Below, piece by piece: positions 1 through 13,429 of a stretch of DNA of 64,000 nucleotides. Source of the DNA: Octopus sinensis (Eukaryota); contig NC_043005.1 in the NCBI RefSeq assembly GCF_006345805.1, forward strand, positions 29,574,001 to 29,638,000, read 5' to 3'. Position 1 is the stretch's first letter, and the number at the start of each line of letters is the position of its first letter. Position numbers and translations under genes: made by a program. The notes below the pieces were generated by a model, which was not told where the DNA came from, searched no databases, and saw only the letters and a program-made list of their open reading frames with translations.

Positions 1-27
1 CAAAGGTTATGCAGATAGCTGTTAACC

Positions 28-294
28 TTATTTACATTATTTACATTTGACAGATATTTGTCCTCATCTTGTTTGTTGTTAACACAACATTTTGGCTGAT
101 ATACCCTCCAGCCTTCATCAGGTGTTTTGAGGAAATTTCAAACCTGGGTTCTCATTCATAAGGTATTTGAAATTTCCCCAAGACACCTGATGAAGGCTGG
201 AGGGTATATCAGCCGAAAGATAAGGACAAATATCTGTCAAATGTGAATAATGTAAATAATGTACATAATTCCTCATCTCTTGAATATAGAACTG
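28..294. mobile_element. Palindromic repeat family A, collapsed copy (two hammerhead-motif arms, centre deleted)
   Basis: 28-170 is the reverse complement of 170-294 type sequence; right end CCTCATCTCTTGAATATAGAACTG matches the rc of the family-A terminus CAGTTCTATATTTAAGAGATGAGG at 12611 and 41678. Confidence 0.85.
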
Positions 295-348
295 AAAAAA
301 CAAAATGACAGCAGAATGATAATAAAGGGAAATCTGAGAATAGGAAAA

Positions 349-780
349 TGGTGAGCTGTCAAAATCGTTAGCAGACTAGGCAAAATGCTTGGTTGCCATT
401 CATTAGTCTTTTACATTCTAAGTTCAAATTCCACTAAGGTTGATGTTAACTTTCCTCCTTTCGGGGTCATTAAAATAAGTACCTATTTCTTTATTACCCA
501 CAAGGAGCTAAACACAGAGGGGACAAACAAGGACAGACGTAGGTATTAAGTCGATTACATCGACCCCAGTGCGTAACTGGTACTTAATTTATCGACCCCG
601 AAAGGATGAAAGGCAAAGTCGACCTCGGCGGAATTTGAACTCACAACATAACGCAGACGAAATACCGCTAAGCATTTCGCCCAGCGTGCTAACGTTTCTG
701 TCAGCTCGCGGCCTTATTAAAATAAGTACCAGCTGAGTACTGGGGTCAATGTAATCAACTTAACCTATCCCTTCAAACTA
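349..780 (+). mobile_element. Old tRNA-derived SINE (Meta-domain-like family), split by a younger antisense copy
   Basis: B-box-like GTTCAAATTCC, then TTTCCTCCTTTCGGGGTCATTAAAATAAGTACC; resumes at 716. Confidence 0.8.
484..715 (-). mobile_element. Young full-length tRNA-derived SINE (Meta-domain-like) with 15-bp TSD
   Basis: rc reads GGCCGCGAGCTGACAGAAACGTTAGC...GTTCAAATTCCGCCGAGGTCGACTTTGCCTTTCATCCTTTCGGGGTCGATAAATTAAGTACCAG; TSD ATTAAAATAAGTACC at 469-483 and 716-730. The family name is recalled, not searched. Confidence 0.85.
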
Positions 781-1894
781 TTGCCCTCATGTTTGAAACC
801 ATTGTGGTAATAATTGGAAGGACAAGTATTCAGATATCGAAGTAGGAAATGATGCCATCTTGAAAAAAATCGATTGCTGGGAAGTTATCAAACAAACTTG
901 CTTCAGCTCATCGTTAACAAAACAAAGCAAAATAATAATAATAATAATAATAATAATGATAGATAAATAAATAAATAACTATAAATTAAACAATAGAAAT
1001 ACAAGAGTGGATCGATTTCGGTTGTAAACTTTCCTGTGAACCATATCTGATTGTCTGATGTCAAACTTGTATTTCAAGGAAGCTTGAACATGAATTGACT
1101 TTATTGATTTAACTAATGAAAGTGTCACTGAAGATAACGAGGTGTTGCAAAACAATGGACCTAGCCAAGCCAAAAATTGCCAGAACTACATCAAAGTGAA
1201 CAGAGGCCGGGAAGAGTAAATAGGGATAAACTGGAATCAAGTAACGTCCTTAGTTTGAATAATGCTGAGTGAAAATAAGGAACGTGGTGTGGTATAGTAT
1301 TTGCATGTTTCATGTGATTTATACACTTACTATATCACATGACCCAGCCTGATAGACAATTGATCAGTGCTCACTTAGAATGAAGCAAGAGGTTTCTTTG
1401 TTTTAACGAGGCTTCTGGGCATAAAACTCTACAGTTTGGAGACTTTAAATAAGAACCTTACAAGATGTCCTGTAGACATTTTTCTCAACATTTTTCTCAT
1501 TAGTTTTGCAAATATGAACATTTTTATCTTTTGTACTTTTTCCATTATTTTTCTTCTTGTTCTGTTGTTGCTATATTCTTTCTTTTGCCATTAATTGTTG
1601 TTATTGCTGTCCCCCCCCTTCCTCCGCTATCATTTTCTGCTTCGCTGCTGTGTTAGACCATAGCATTACTGTTATTGTCAGAGTCAACACTAACACATTT
1701 ATTATTATATTTCTCTGAAGAATCTTCAGATAAAGCCACTTTCTTTTTTCTTCCCTTTTTTTTTTTTGCTTTGACAAACAGAATTTTCCAGGCAGATGAC
1801 AGTTTTGAATGTTATAGCTACCTCTCACCTCCTCCTCCTCCTTCTTCTTCCAACGTCAAACTTGTTGACATTTTTCATAAAAATATTTATCGGT

Positions 1895-1972
1895 TGACTG
1901 CAGACGACAGGGACAAAATAACTGTCGTCTGCAGTCATCCAACAAATAACAGTGTCTCCCCTAATTAGGGGA
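1895..1972. repeat. Perfect 16-bp-stem hairpin plus 16-bp palindrome
   Basis: TGACTGCAGACGACAG-(11 nt)-CTGTCGTCTGCAGTCA at 1895-1937; TCCCCTAATTAGGGGA at 1957-1972. Confidence 0.9.
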
Positions 1973-2859
1973 AAATACTGACAGTTTTTGAACTTACTTT
2001 TTCACAAAAGTGTCTATCACAATTTTAATGATGAAAAATTCCAGGAGAAATTTATGAAAGATGGTGTAAACTTGCAGACTATCAGTATTTGCATTCAGAT
2101 AATAACCTTTCACTTATTTTCCACAAGGACCAATGTATGAAATGCAAAATATTTTACAAAATGAGTTAACAAAACAGAGGGGAGTGTGCAAAAAACAATA
2201 GAATACAGGTTCAAAATTTACAACCCAAAACAAATGGCTGCTTAACTAGAAAAAAGTGAAAAATCCAACACTGGTATAGTTGAAGTTCTCCACCACTTTG
2301 ACCAGTTTCTGCTGTGATAATTTCTGAAAATCTGGAGAACATCTGAACATATTCTTGAGTATCTCTGGTTTTGGCCTTGTGTAAAATTTTCTCAATTATT
2401 TTGGTGACTCAGTTGCTGCCATGTGTTGAGTATGGCTGTGGTTCTTACCAATAATCTTTCAGTTTTGTGATTAACCTATTTGCCCACTCATTTCCTTCTC
2501 AATTAACATAATGTTTCTCTATCAGACCATTCAGTGGTTTCATCAAGTTACCTTTACCTGTTCAGGTAACCATAATTACAGGATTCTTTTTATGGAACTT
2601 TCTATGTTTAACATTGGTCTGTGATTATTAATTTCTTTCTTTATGGGAGTTCTTTGAGGGTTCTTTTCTTTTTATTGTCCCAGATATGGTTTCGCATCTT
2701 TCTCCTGGTTCTGTCTTTTACTTGTTGTCTCTAGATGGGACAGAATTGCTGCAAGGAGCCCCTGTCTGGCTCAGTGTTGGGGAAGGGGACGACATATTCT
2801 TCTGTTTTCCTTTCTTGTCAGCTTCTGTCGCTGGGGTCACATGTTAAAGCATAAAATGA

Positions 2860-2942
<83 letters not shown>

Positions 2943-2950
2943 TAATAATT
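2860..2950. repeat. (AAT)n microsatellite
   Basis: Direct reading. Confidence 0.95.
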
Positions 2951-3433
2951 CTTTTTATTGTTGGCACAAAGCCTGAAATTTCTGGGAAGGGTCCTAGCTG
3001 ATGACATCAACCCCAGTGCTCAACTGGTACCTATTTTATTGCTTTCATGAAAGGCAAAGTTGATCCTAGCAAAACTGGAGCTCAAAATACAAAATTGGAA
3101 GAAATCCTGCTTGGCATGTTGTTTGGTGTGCTATTAATTCTAGCAGAGTACCACCATAATGATGGTGATGATCATGACGACAACGCTGCCACCGATGCCA
3201 CCGCTGGACCACTGGGACATCGATGGTTTGTAATATAAGTATAAGATCTGAGATTTGGAAGACTGGGTTAGTGAGTTCCCAGTGCTTGACTGGTTGATTA
3301 TTTTTAGAAAACTGAAAGAATGAAAGGCGAAGTTAAAGTTTGGTAGGATTTGAAACCAGAACAGAAAGAGTCAGAAACAAACAACACAAGGAATTTTGCC
3401 TGAGTCTCTAATAATTTTGCCAATACACCACCC

Positions 3434-3580
3434 AATGATGATGATGATGATGATGTTGGTGGTGGTGGTGGTAGTGGTGGTGGTGGTGATGATGATGATG
3501 ATGATGGTCGTGGTGGTGGTGGTGATGATGATGACAACAGCGATGAGAATAATGCTGATGATAATGGTGGTTGTGGTAAG
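3434..3580. repeat. (GAT)/(GGT) compound trinucleotide repeat
   Basis: Direct reading. Confidence 0.9.
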
Positions 3581-3698
3581 AATAATTGGAATAAAATGCA
3601 ATTACACCCCACATATTCTGTCACAATTACACCCAATAAAATAATACAACAAGAGATACTCATCAATATGTGACCCCTGAGACTGGAACACACACACA

Positions 3699-3739
<41 letters not shown>

Positions 3740-3849
3740 CTCGGCATTCTATGCAATTACTACTCAATAACAGAACTAAAGCCACACAGTGCAAACTTCA
3801 CCAACCAATGCTAACACTGAACTCAATCTATGTTGTATGCATACACATA

Positions 3850-4660
3850 CCACCTGCAACGGCATCATCAGCACCACAACCACCACTACCACCACCACTA
3901 CCATCACAGCCACCACCACCACCACCACCACCACCACCACCACCACAACCACCACCACCACCACAACCACCAACCACCACTACAACCACCACAACTACTA
4001 CCATCACCAACCACCATCCCCACAATCACCACAACCACCACAACCACTACCACCACCACAACCACCACCTATTTCTTTACTACCCACAAGGGGCTAAACA
4101 CAGAGAGGACAAACAAGGACATACAATCGGATTAAGTTGATTATATTGACCCCAGTGTGTAACTGGTACTTAATTTATCGACCCCGAAAGGATGAAAGGC
4201 AAAGTCAATCTCGGCGGAATTTGAACTCAGAACGTAATGGCAGACGAAATACAGCTACGCATTTCGCCCGGCATGCTAACGATTCTGCCAGCTCGCCGCC
4301 TTCAACCACCACAATCACCACCACCACAACCACTACCACCACCATCACCACAACCACCACAATCACCCCAACCACCACCACCACCACCACCACCACCACC
4401 ACAACCACCACAACCACTGCCACCACCACAACCACTATCACCAACCACCACCACAACCACCACACCACTACAACCACCACCAAAATCACACAACCACCAC
4501 AATCACCACAGCCAACACCACCACCACAACCACCACCAACCACCACCACAACCAGCACCACCACTACAACCACCACAACCACTACCTCCACCACAACCAA
4601 CAGCAGCAGCAGCACCACAACCAACAGCAGCAGCAGCACCACCACCACTGGCATACAGAC
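3850..4660. repeat. (CCA/CAA/CAC)-rich cryptic trinucleotide array interrupted by a SINE
   Basis: Direct reading; source of the poly-T/P/H ORFs in the track. Confidence 0.9.
4070..4302 (-). mobile_element. Full-length Meta-domain-like tRNA SINE
   Basis: Near-identical to 484-715. Confidence 0.9.
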
Positions 4661-5221
4661 ACCGCCCTCTCTACTACAACCCTACTTAGTTGAGGGAGAT
4701 ATTTGTTTGTCTTGCTATTCACATGGTGACCTCACTTGTGTTGGTGCCATGCAAAAAGTGCCCAGTCTACTATAAAGTGGTCAGTGGTAAGAAGAGCATC
4801 CAGCTGTAGAAACCATACCAAAGGGAATATTGGATTTTGATGCATCCCTCTGTTTAACTGGACCCCAAATGTGTCATCACTCAAAATGTGCTCCCTCCCT
4901 AAATGTGCCATCGTTCCAAATACACCATCTTGGTATATTCCATCAGAGTCTATGTAGTTTCATTTTGCCAAGCTCCTCAGAATGTGTCATCAGTGAAATG
5001 TGCAGACTTTTACCATCTTGTCAACCATTATAATTTATCTGTCCGCAAAATTTTATTTAAAGATGTCATGTTTTTGTCCATTGAGGTCACCATAGCAATT
5101 CTGTTTATAATCACAGATTTGGAGGTCACCTACTTTTTGACAGCTTTGTACCAATTCAGAGTTCACTCCTGTTTGATAGTTCATAAGGACGTACAGCTGC
5201 TGTTCTGGTATGTCTCTCTTC

Positions 5222-5431
5222 ACCACACACACACACATACACACACGCACACACACACACACAGCAAATACACACATACACACACATACGTGCATACATA
5301 CATAGATTCATATATACATACGTACATACACACACACATACATACATGCATACATATATACATGTATGTATACATGTATACATGTATGAACATGTACACA
5401 TACGCACACACACGCACGCACACACGCACAC

Positions 5432-5505
<74 letters not shown>
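5222..5505. repeat. (CA)n/(TACA)n/(TA)n compound microsatellite
   Basis: Direct reading. Confidence 0.95.
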
Positions 5506-5512
<7 letters not shown>

Positions 5513-7848
5513 CGCTCATTTCAGAACAGGACTTAAGCTTGTAAAAATCAAGTGGACTGGGGCTTCCTGTTTTGCCTGTCAGCTTGTCCAACCACGGTCA
5601 CATGCGCGAGCATATGCGCGCGCACATGCATACACACACACACACACACATACACACACACACATACACACACACACACACACACAAACACTGAGTCAAT
5701 CCGAAAGAGACTGGCCAGAGCAGCACAATCTCGGGTGCCTAAAAAGACGTTTCTCTCTCAATTCAAATATCTGAAGCCTTCACAAGCTTCTAGTTTAATG
5801 CCATTTTGTGAGTAGGAAGTCCCCAGCATTACAGTCCTGTTATCAGAGGACTTTCAGGGTTTAGTGTGTGTGGGGGGAGAAGGAGGGCAATTGCATTTCA
5901 TTTTCCCCATGAATTTGACAGTGAAATTACCCTTGGTGCAATGGTAAAGAGTCTCAGAAAATTGGATGATAGTAAACAGTTGAAACTATGGCATTCATTT
6001 CTGCCTTTTCCGCCAGACTTTAGGCTTCTGCATCACCCTACTTTGAACGGTAAGAGTGGTTATTAGCACTTGATCAAGGTCCCACCTTTAGTCTCCTTAA
6101 AGAAGCAGTTACTTAACATCACATTCACAGGGTTGACTGCACTGTTCTCATAGACATGGCTGTACTCAGGTTGGCTACACTAAAACGGTACAATTAGTAT
6201 AGTCATGGCTTTACTGGAGTTTCTCCACCCTGATATCTATAAACACAACTACGCAGTGTGGACTGGATGTGTTTTGTGTGACACCAATGCTGTCAGGGTT
6301 ATCCCACCCTGATAACAATAGACAATGGTGCTGGGTCTATCCCACACGGTTAATAACAGACATAACTATACTATAGTTAGCCCAAAAGAAACAGCAATAC
6401 ACATTGCTAAAGATAGACATTGACAAAGCTATCCCATCATGCTAAGCAAGAGATCAACATAACCATTTGATGTTAATTATTCCAAATATTATTTCGTTTG
6501 ATTAATTAATTTTTACATCCTAAAATAATATACTGATAATTTTGTCAAATTCCTTTTGGTGTGTCTATGTGCAATCTTTAGTGAAGACCTGCTCCTATAA
6601 TTCTATTTAATTTGTTCTTTAACGATAAAAACAGTTGGACCATCAATACTCACAACATTTCACTATTTGGGACATTCTCAAATAGATAGAAGGTTATCTC
6701 AGAGATTATAGTAACCACCTGTTGGTGTGGTAAGGGTAGAGGTACTGGGGGGGGGGGGTGCTGCTGATAATAGTGGGTGGCATTGGTGATGGTTATGGTA
6801 AGGGTATTGATGGCAGAGGTGGTGGTGATAATAGCAGTGAGAAAATGGTGTTGATGGCAGTATTAATGGTGGTGGTAGTTATAGCGGTAGTGGTGGTGGT
6901 GGTAGAGGTGGGAGATTGGTGATGACGAGGTGGAGTGGGGATGATGGCAGTAGTGTGCTAGTAGCAGTAGCAGTAGTGTAATGTATAGAGCCATTGAGTA
7001 GTGACCCAGTAACAAAGCTTTGACCAGTTTGTTCCCATCAATTCTACTTCATCAGTGCCAGACTCTCTCTCCCTCTCTCTTTCTCTAATTAATTTACATC
7101 ATCATCATCACCAACAACAACAGCAACAATAAAGCCAGCCTTGGCAACAGACCAACCCACATAATGAGGTGGGTGGATGGAGCACCTGTCTAGATTCTTT
7201 CTGTTGTTTAGCTTCATATTATTTTCTCAGATCAATTACTTCTAAGGCAGTAATAACTGTTGCTTAACCCCAGGTCACTCATCACCTAGCAAACTTATGT
7301 TAAAAGCCACTCTTAATATGACCACCCTGTCTTATTGTTGAACATGCTTTTCTATTATTTTTTCAAAGGATAGGGTTTGAATTGAGGAAGATTTAGCTGC
7401 TACTTCTAGCTGGTTATGTAGGAGCTCTCAGTTTTAAACTTATTTTTCCTGTTGTGGTGTTGGTAAGGTAGTGTGTGTAGACACTCATCTGCTAGAAATA
7501 ACTGCCGACATTTCCTTGAAAACAAAGGTCAACTGACAGACACATATACATATATATACACACACACACAAACACACAACACACAAGTGAACCCATACAA
7601 GCATGCACACTCACACACACACACATCGACAATGTTTCATAACACAAGCTGAGGTAACGTGTACATAATCAATCATCTGTCCTAAAACAAAAATGACAAC
7701 ACACACACACACATACACACACACTTGCACATCTAGGATAATCTAAAAACACAGGATGGTTACAACTAGAATACCTTTGACCACAGGTCTTCCAGTTCAA
7801 AGCTGACCCCTGCGACACTTCAAATGCTTACAATATTTCATGGCTTTG

Positions 7849-8068
7849 AAGGCTGCAAGCTGGTAGAATCGTTAGCATGCCAGGCGAAATGCTTAGTGGT
7901 ATTTCATCAGTCCTTATGTTCTGAGTTCAAATTCTACCAAGGTCAACTTTGCCTTTCATCCTTATGGGGGTTGACAAATTAAGTACCAGTTGCGTAGTTG
8001 GGTTGATCTAATTGACTAGCCCCCTTCCCCAAAATTTCAGGCCTTGTGCCTAGAGTAGAAAAGAATAT
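7849..8068 (+). mobile_element. Meta-domain-like tRNA SINE, diverged
   Basis: AGCTGGTAGAATCGTTAGC...GTTCAAATTC...CTTTGCCTTTCATCC...AATTAAGTACCAG. Confidence 0.85.
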
Positions 8069-8439
8069 TTTGAGCTTGCTGGAATGGTAGAGTTCACTGA
8101 TAATTATTTATTATTTATTTCAACTTTGACTGGGGTTGACATGACTTTCCATGTTACCTGAGGTCAATCATTTATGTACCTGTCATGTACTGGTGTTAAA
8201 CAAATTGACAGTGGTTGACCCAAATTTACAGTAAATGACATTTTCTCAACATGCTGTACAGTAGGATTGAACCCAAGTCTTTGTGGTTAACCACTTGATT
8301 ATACTCTTCCTGCTGGCAGTTTGTAGAATAGTGCACCATTTGAACAAATGACTGATGCATTTATTTACCTTAAAAGAAGCCGACTTTGATATTTTATCAA
8401 AGAAGCTCATCAAAAAGCTATCTGTAGAATGAAAATGTC

Positions 8440-8880
8440 AAAATATAGAAGACCTGGATTTCACCAAACAAGTGAACATGTGGGAATTGACTGTGCCATG
8501 GGAAGAACACATGGAGGAGGCTCATGAGAGGAAGCTTGCCAAACATCAGGAGCTGATAGACCAGTGTAGAAACCAGGTTTGGTGTGCATGTTGTGAGACA
8601 ATTAAAATAAGGCTACCGGGCATTTGTAGACGTGTTCTTTCTACAAGGTTCTAACTGGGCTTTGAGTTACTGGTGCAGCAAAGAGGAGGGCCATAAATTT
8701 CATTACCAAAGCAGCAGAGGGGGCCACTGGGTAACTTTAGATAAAGAGAGCAAATCAGTGGTTTGCTGCTGCTGCTGGGATGCAAGCTTGGACTTCCTCA
8801 ATTCCAAATGAGTCAACTGGATTAGTGAAGGTCCTCAAACACCCAAAGATCCAGAAATGTCACTGGTGATGCATCACAGA
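8440..8880 (+). pseudogene. HERO-like non-LTR retrotransposon 3' remnant (restriction-like endonuclease domain)
   Basis: KQVNMWELTVPWEEHMEEAHERKLAKHQELIDQCR, then QRRRAINFITKAAEGA..IKRANQW; matches my recall of the HERO RLE C-terminus ELTVPWEE..EEA.ERK..KY..L. Confidence 0.8.
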
Positions 8881-9135
8881 AGAGATGTTACTTGGAACAT
8901 GGGTAGGAAAACTATTGGTTACTACCTCTTTCCTACTATGGAGTCAAGCACCTTCATTTACTGGAAATTCTGGGGTTTTTTCCTTCTTTTTTACAGATTT
9001 CAGTTTGATAAATCTTTCTGCTAAAACTTTGTAAACACAGGCAACCACTGTCTAAAATAAATATTTGATTTCACACCATGTATTGAGTCCTTTTGGTAGT
9101 TAACATGTGTTGTTTTTAAATATTAAGAAGCACAT

Positions 9136-9369
9136 TTATTTCTTTATTGCCCACAGGGGGCTAAACGTACAGGGGACAAACAAGGACAGACAAAGGGATT
9201 AAGTTGATTACATCGACCCCAGTGTGTAACTGGTACCTATTTAATCGACCCCAAAAGGATGAAAGGCAAAGTCGACCTCAGGGGAATTTGAACTCAAAAT
9301 ATAACGACAGACGAAATACCGCTAAGCATTTCGTCCGGCGTGCTAATGATTCTGCCAGCTTGCCACCTT
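9136..9369 (-). mobile_element. Full-length Meta-domain-like tRNA SINE
   Basis: Same sequence as 4070-4302. Confidence 0.9.
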
Positions 9370-9429
9370 AAAAACACATTACTACATAGACACAGCACAG
9401 TTATATGCATAATTTTTTTGCTCTATCTG

Positions 9430-9670
9430 TAGAATCCATTGGAATCTTTGAGCCAGCTACTCTCCCCATTGAGGCCTCCCTGTGTCACCTGCCTGTCTTC
9501 CTCCTACTCCATTTCATTTGTTTCCCTGACATTAAGCAACACCCAATCCTTTCTCCCCATGACTCTAAGTCTCTGGAATTCCCACACCCTGCCCACATTA
9601 TCATTTCTATTGAGTTTAATGGAGAAATATTCTAAGGTGAACATCAACAGCATCATTCTCACTAATCTGG
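9430..9670 (+). pseudogene. L2/CR1-group LINE ORF2 C-terminal remnant
   Basis: QSFLPMTLSLWNSHTLP...KVNINSI resembles the SFFPRT..LWNSLP...FK..VN motif. Confidence 0.5.
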
Positions 9671-10466
9671 GAGTGAAGCCCAATTGTAAGGTCATGGGTT
9701 GTGTCCCTCCTTCTCTGCGAAGCAGGACCCTGCTAGCTTCTGTCCTTCCTCCTCTGAACAGTGGGAGTTTACTTTGGAACTCATTGGCTGTGTTCCCCCT
9801 TCTTTTGAAGAGCAAAACCCTACTACAAAGACCACACGTTCTATCCCTTCTCCTCTATCTTACATAAACCCTGAAGAGCTAAGGTCAAGGTGTATGGCCT
9901 AGTGGTTATGGTGTTGCTAGTCATGATTGCAAGATCATGGTTTCAGTTCCAAGGCAGGGTGGTGCATTGAGTTCTTACTTTTTATTCAGTTGGTTCTCAT
10001 AATTCATGATTATTTTAACAATTAAATCACAAAATACATTTGCATGGCTGTGAGGTTAAGAAGTTCACTTTACAACCGCAAGGTTTCAGGTTCAGTCTCG
10101 TGTCTCCTACAATAACCCTGGGATGACCAATGCCGGTGACTGAATTTGGCAAGTAGAGACTGTAAAAACCCATTTGTGTGTGTGTGTGAAAGTGTTTGTC
10201 ACAGACCTATTCTCCTATTTGACAACCAGTGTTAGTTTGCTTATGTTCCCATAACTTAGAAAGTTCAACAAGTCCAACTAATAAAATAAGTACCTGATTA
10301 AAAAAAAAACACAACATAAGTTCTGGGGTTAATTCGTTTGACTAAAACCCTTCAGGTGGGTGCCCCAGCATGGCCACATGCCAGTCACTGAAACAATTGA
10401 AAGATAAAAGAAAAAAAGGTAGGCTGTGTCTTTGTTTGAAATATGGTTGCAAATCTGTTATATAAC

Positions 10467-10640
10467 AGGTGCAGGAGTGGCTATGTGGTAAGAAGCTTGC
10501 TTCCCAACCACATGGTTCTGGGTTCAGTCCCACTGTGTGGCACCTTGAGCAAGAGACTTCTCCTATAGCCTTGGACTGACCAAACCCTTGTGAGTGGATA
10601 TTTGGTAGATGGAAACTGAAAGAAGCCTGTCATTTATATA
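10467..10640 (+). mobile_element. CORE-type tRNA SINE 5' half
   Basis: GGAGTGGCTATGTGG (A box), GGTTCAGTCCC (B box), CACCTTGAGCAAG (CORE-like). Confidence 0.85.
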
Positions 10641-11020
10641 TATATATATATATATATTTACTTTTATATGTACTATTTTCATATATATATATATATATAT
10701 GATTTTGATTTTGATTTTTCCAGTTTCAGCTAATGAGCTGTGGCCATGCTGGGGCACCGCCATTTAAACAAATATATATATTTATTTATTTGTTTCAGTC
10801 ATTTGACTGCAGCCATGCTGGACCACCACCTTTATTCAAGCAAATCAACCCCAGGACTTACTCTTTGTAAGCCTAGTACTTATTCTATTGGTCACTTTTG
10901 CTCAACCACCAAGTTACGGGGATGTAAACAAACCAGCATTGTTTGTCAAGCAATGGTGGTGGGACAAACACACACACACACATACACATGCATACATACA
11001 TATATATATATTTATATATA

Positions 11021-11704
11021 TCATATAATTAAGGGCTAAAGAGGGTTATTCTAAAGCCAAATACACTGTTTTATCCACTTATAATCCGCTTGTTACAGGA
11101 AAATTGAAACTGAAAACGGGCAACTAACCTTTAGAAAATTTAAATTTCGTTATCTCTATATTGAATCAATTTCGGACTTAATCTTATAAAAAAAGATATA
11201 TTCCTTCTTCAGTAGAACTTTCGATGGGATATAAATAAAATACTCACGTATGATCATGGAAAAAGCACAAGCTAAAAACATAACTACACTTGAGTACATC
11301 ACTTATATCTAGTAAACTCGATGCTTGCTACAGGAGGACTGGTAACCATTACAATTTGTAGCGGCGAAAGGTCTGGACGTTGTTTTCTGAGGCTGACCAA
11401 AGAATTTTTATTTTTAGATATAAGTGATGTACTCAAGTGTAGTTATGTTTTTAGCTGTGCTTTTTCCATGATCATACGTGAGTATTTTATTTATATCCCA
11501 TCGAAAGTTCTACTGAAGAAGGAATATATCTTTTTTTATAAGATTAAGTCCGAAATTGATTCAATATAGAGATAACGAAATTTAAATTTTCTAAAGGTTA
11601 GTTGCCCATTTTCAGTTTCAATTTTCCTGTAACAAGCGGATTATAAGTGGATAAAACAGTGTATTTGGCTTTAGAATAACCCTCTTTAGCCCTTAATTAT
11701 ATGA
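11021..11704. mobile_element. Very young 684-bp fold-back element/MITE with about 290-bp arms
   Basis: 11021-11311 and 11415-11704 are reverse complements; I found only one substitution and one 1-nt indel; 103-bp spacer. Confidence 0.92.
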
Positions 11705-11825
11705 TGTATATTGCAACCGTAACGGTTTTTTTAAAATATACTGCCCACGCTTCCTGATGAATTCCTTTGCTGTAGAGTAAGGGACTTCATCCTATATTGC
11801 TTAGTATATTTATATATATATATAT

Positions 11826-11986
11826 ATATACACAACGGGCTTCTTTCAGTTTCCATCTACCAAATCCACTCACAAGGCTTTGGTTGGCCCAAGGCTATAG
11901 TAGAAGACACTTGTCCAAGGTGCAACACAGTGGGACTGAACCTGGAATCATGTGGTTGGGAAGCAAGCTACTTAACACACAACCAA
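11826..11986 (-). mobile_element. CORE-type SINE 5' half
   Basis: rc of the 10467 family. Confidence 0.85.
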
Positions 11987-12610
11987 ATATATATGTATAT
12001 GTTTGCCCCCCCCCATCACTTGACAACCAAAGTTGGTGTGTTTACATCCCCGTAACTCAGTGGTTCAGCAAAAGAATAAGTCCTGGGGTCGATTTGTTCG
12101 ACTAAAGGTGGTGCTCCAGCATGGCTGCAGTCAAATGACTAAAACAAGTAGAAAAATAAAAGAATAACATGTTTGGTAATGCAGAATAGTAACAAGAGTC
12201 TGGTTGTTGGTGCATTATTTGTTTCTGGTTTGAGATTTTATTCTGGTCTCAGCTGTAAACTATGTCATCTCATTGTAGTTTTACAACATTTTTAATGAGT
12301 CAATTAATTGGAATGAAAAGTTGCTTTGTTTCTCATATTTTACAATAATTATAAAATTTATCATAAAAATTCAAAGGCAGAGATATAAAAATTATGAACC
12401 TTGACAAAAGTGCAACAAAAATACAGCTGATTCATGATTAGTCACTACCATTTAAATAGTTGTGATTAAATATATTTCAGTCTGGTAAATAATGCTGCAG
12501 ACATGGAATGGCAATTTTACCACTAAACAAAGAATCGTTCACACATTTTCGGTATTTTTATTTTCATGTATTTTTTGGTTTCAAAATATTTACTTATATT
12601 TCATAATTTA

Positions 12611-12912
12611 CAGTTCTATATTTAAGAGATGAAGAATTATGTACATTATTTACATTATTTACATTTGACAGGCATATGGCGTAGTGGTTAAGAGCGCGGG
12701 CTACTAACCCCAAGATTCCAAGTTCGATTCCTGGCAGTGACCTGAATAATAATAATAATAATAATAATAACATTGAAAAATACCTTAGGAATGAGAACCC
12801 AGGTTCGAAATTTCCCCAAGACACCTGATGAAGGCTGGACAGCCAAAATGTTGTGTTAACAACAAACAAGATGAGGATAAATATCCGTCAAATGTAAATA
12901 ATGTAAATAATT
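12611..12912 (+). mobile_element. Family A element: truncated left arm + tRNA-like head + (AAT)n + hammerhead-motif arm
   Basis: TA|CAGTTCTATA terminus; head 12671-12742; GACAC-CTGATGA at 12820-12831. Confidence 0.88.
12671..12742 (+). ncRNA. tRNA-derived Pol III head (pseudo-tRNA, not a functional tRNA)
   Basis: A box TGGCGTAGTGG, anticodon-like loop CTACTAA, B box GTTCGATTCC; weak acceptor stem. Confidence 0.75.
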
Positions 12913-13429
12913 TGTTATTTTTATGTGATTTTGTAACTTTGAACTCTGTAAATCTTATCATGAAACTTAAATACAACGCAGGCGATGGCCATGTGGATAT
13001 GGAGTTTGCTTTGCAGTTCTGTGGTTTTAGGTTCAGTTCCACTGCGTGGCACATCAGGTCATACAATATCTCCAGGCCAACAAATGTCTTGTGAGTGACC
13101 TTGATAGATGAAAACTGAAAGAAGCTCTGGCATGCATGTGTATGAATATGTGTTGTGTGTGCAGTTGTGTTTGTGTGTATGTATATGTATACATGTCATC
13201 ATGTGTGTGTATGTGTGTGGTAGCATTTGTCTCTCAATTCTTGACTGTTAGTGTTGGTTTATTTACATTCTTGTGATTAGCAGATTCGCAAAACAGACTG
13301 TTAGAATAAATATTAAGAACTGGAGTTGGTTTGATCAACTAGATCCTTCAAAGCAATGCTCCAGCATGGCCAAAGAGAAGAAAAGAATAATATATCTATT
13401 TCTATTGGGATTTATTTAATAACAATAAC

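Noticed and set aside
2280-2850. Possible degenerate Penelope RT on the minus strand
   Set aside because: No diagnostic RT motif recoverable; many stops
3304-4775. Overlapping poly-Pro/Thr/His/Val/Gly ORFs
   Set aside because: Translations of trinucleotide microsatellites open in several frames and strands; no domain or splice support
8810-8890. Ribozyme in the HERO 3'UTR
   Set aside because: Core motifs are degenerate (CTGGTGA, CAAAC); cannot be folded convincingly
12671-12742. Functional tRNA gene with ACT anticodon
   Set aside because: Acceptor and anticodon stems imperfect, recurs as part of a repeat (41926-41997); treated as a SINE-type head
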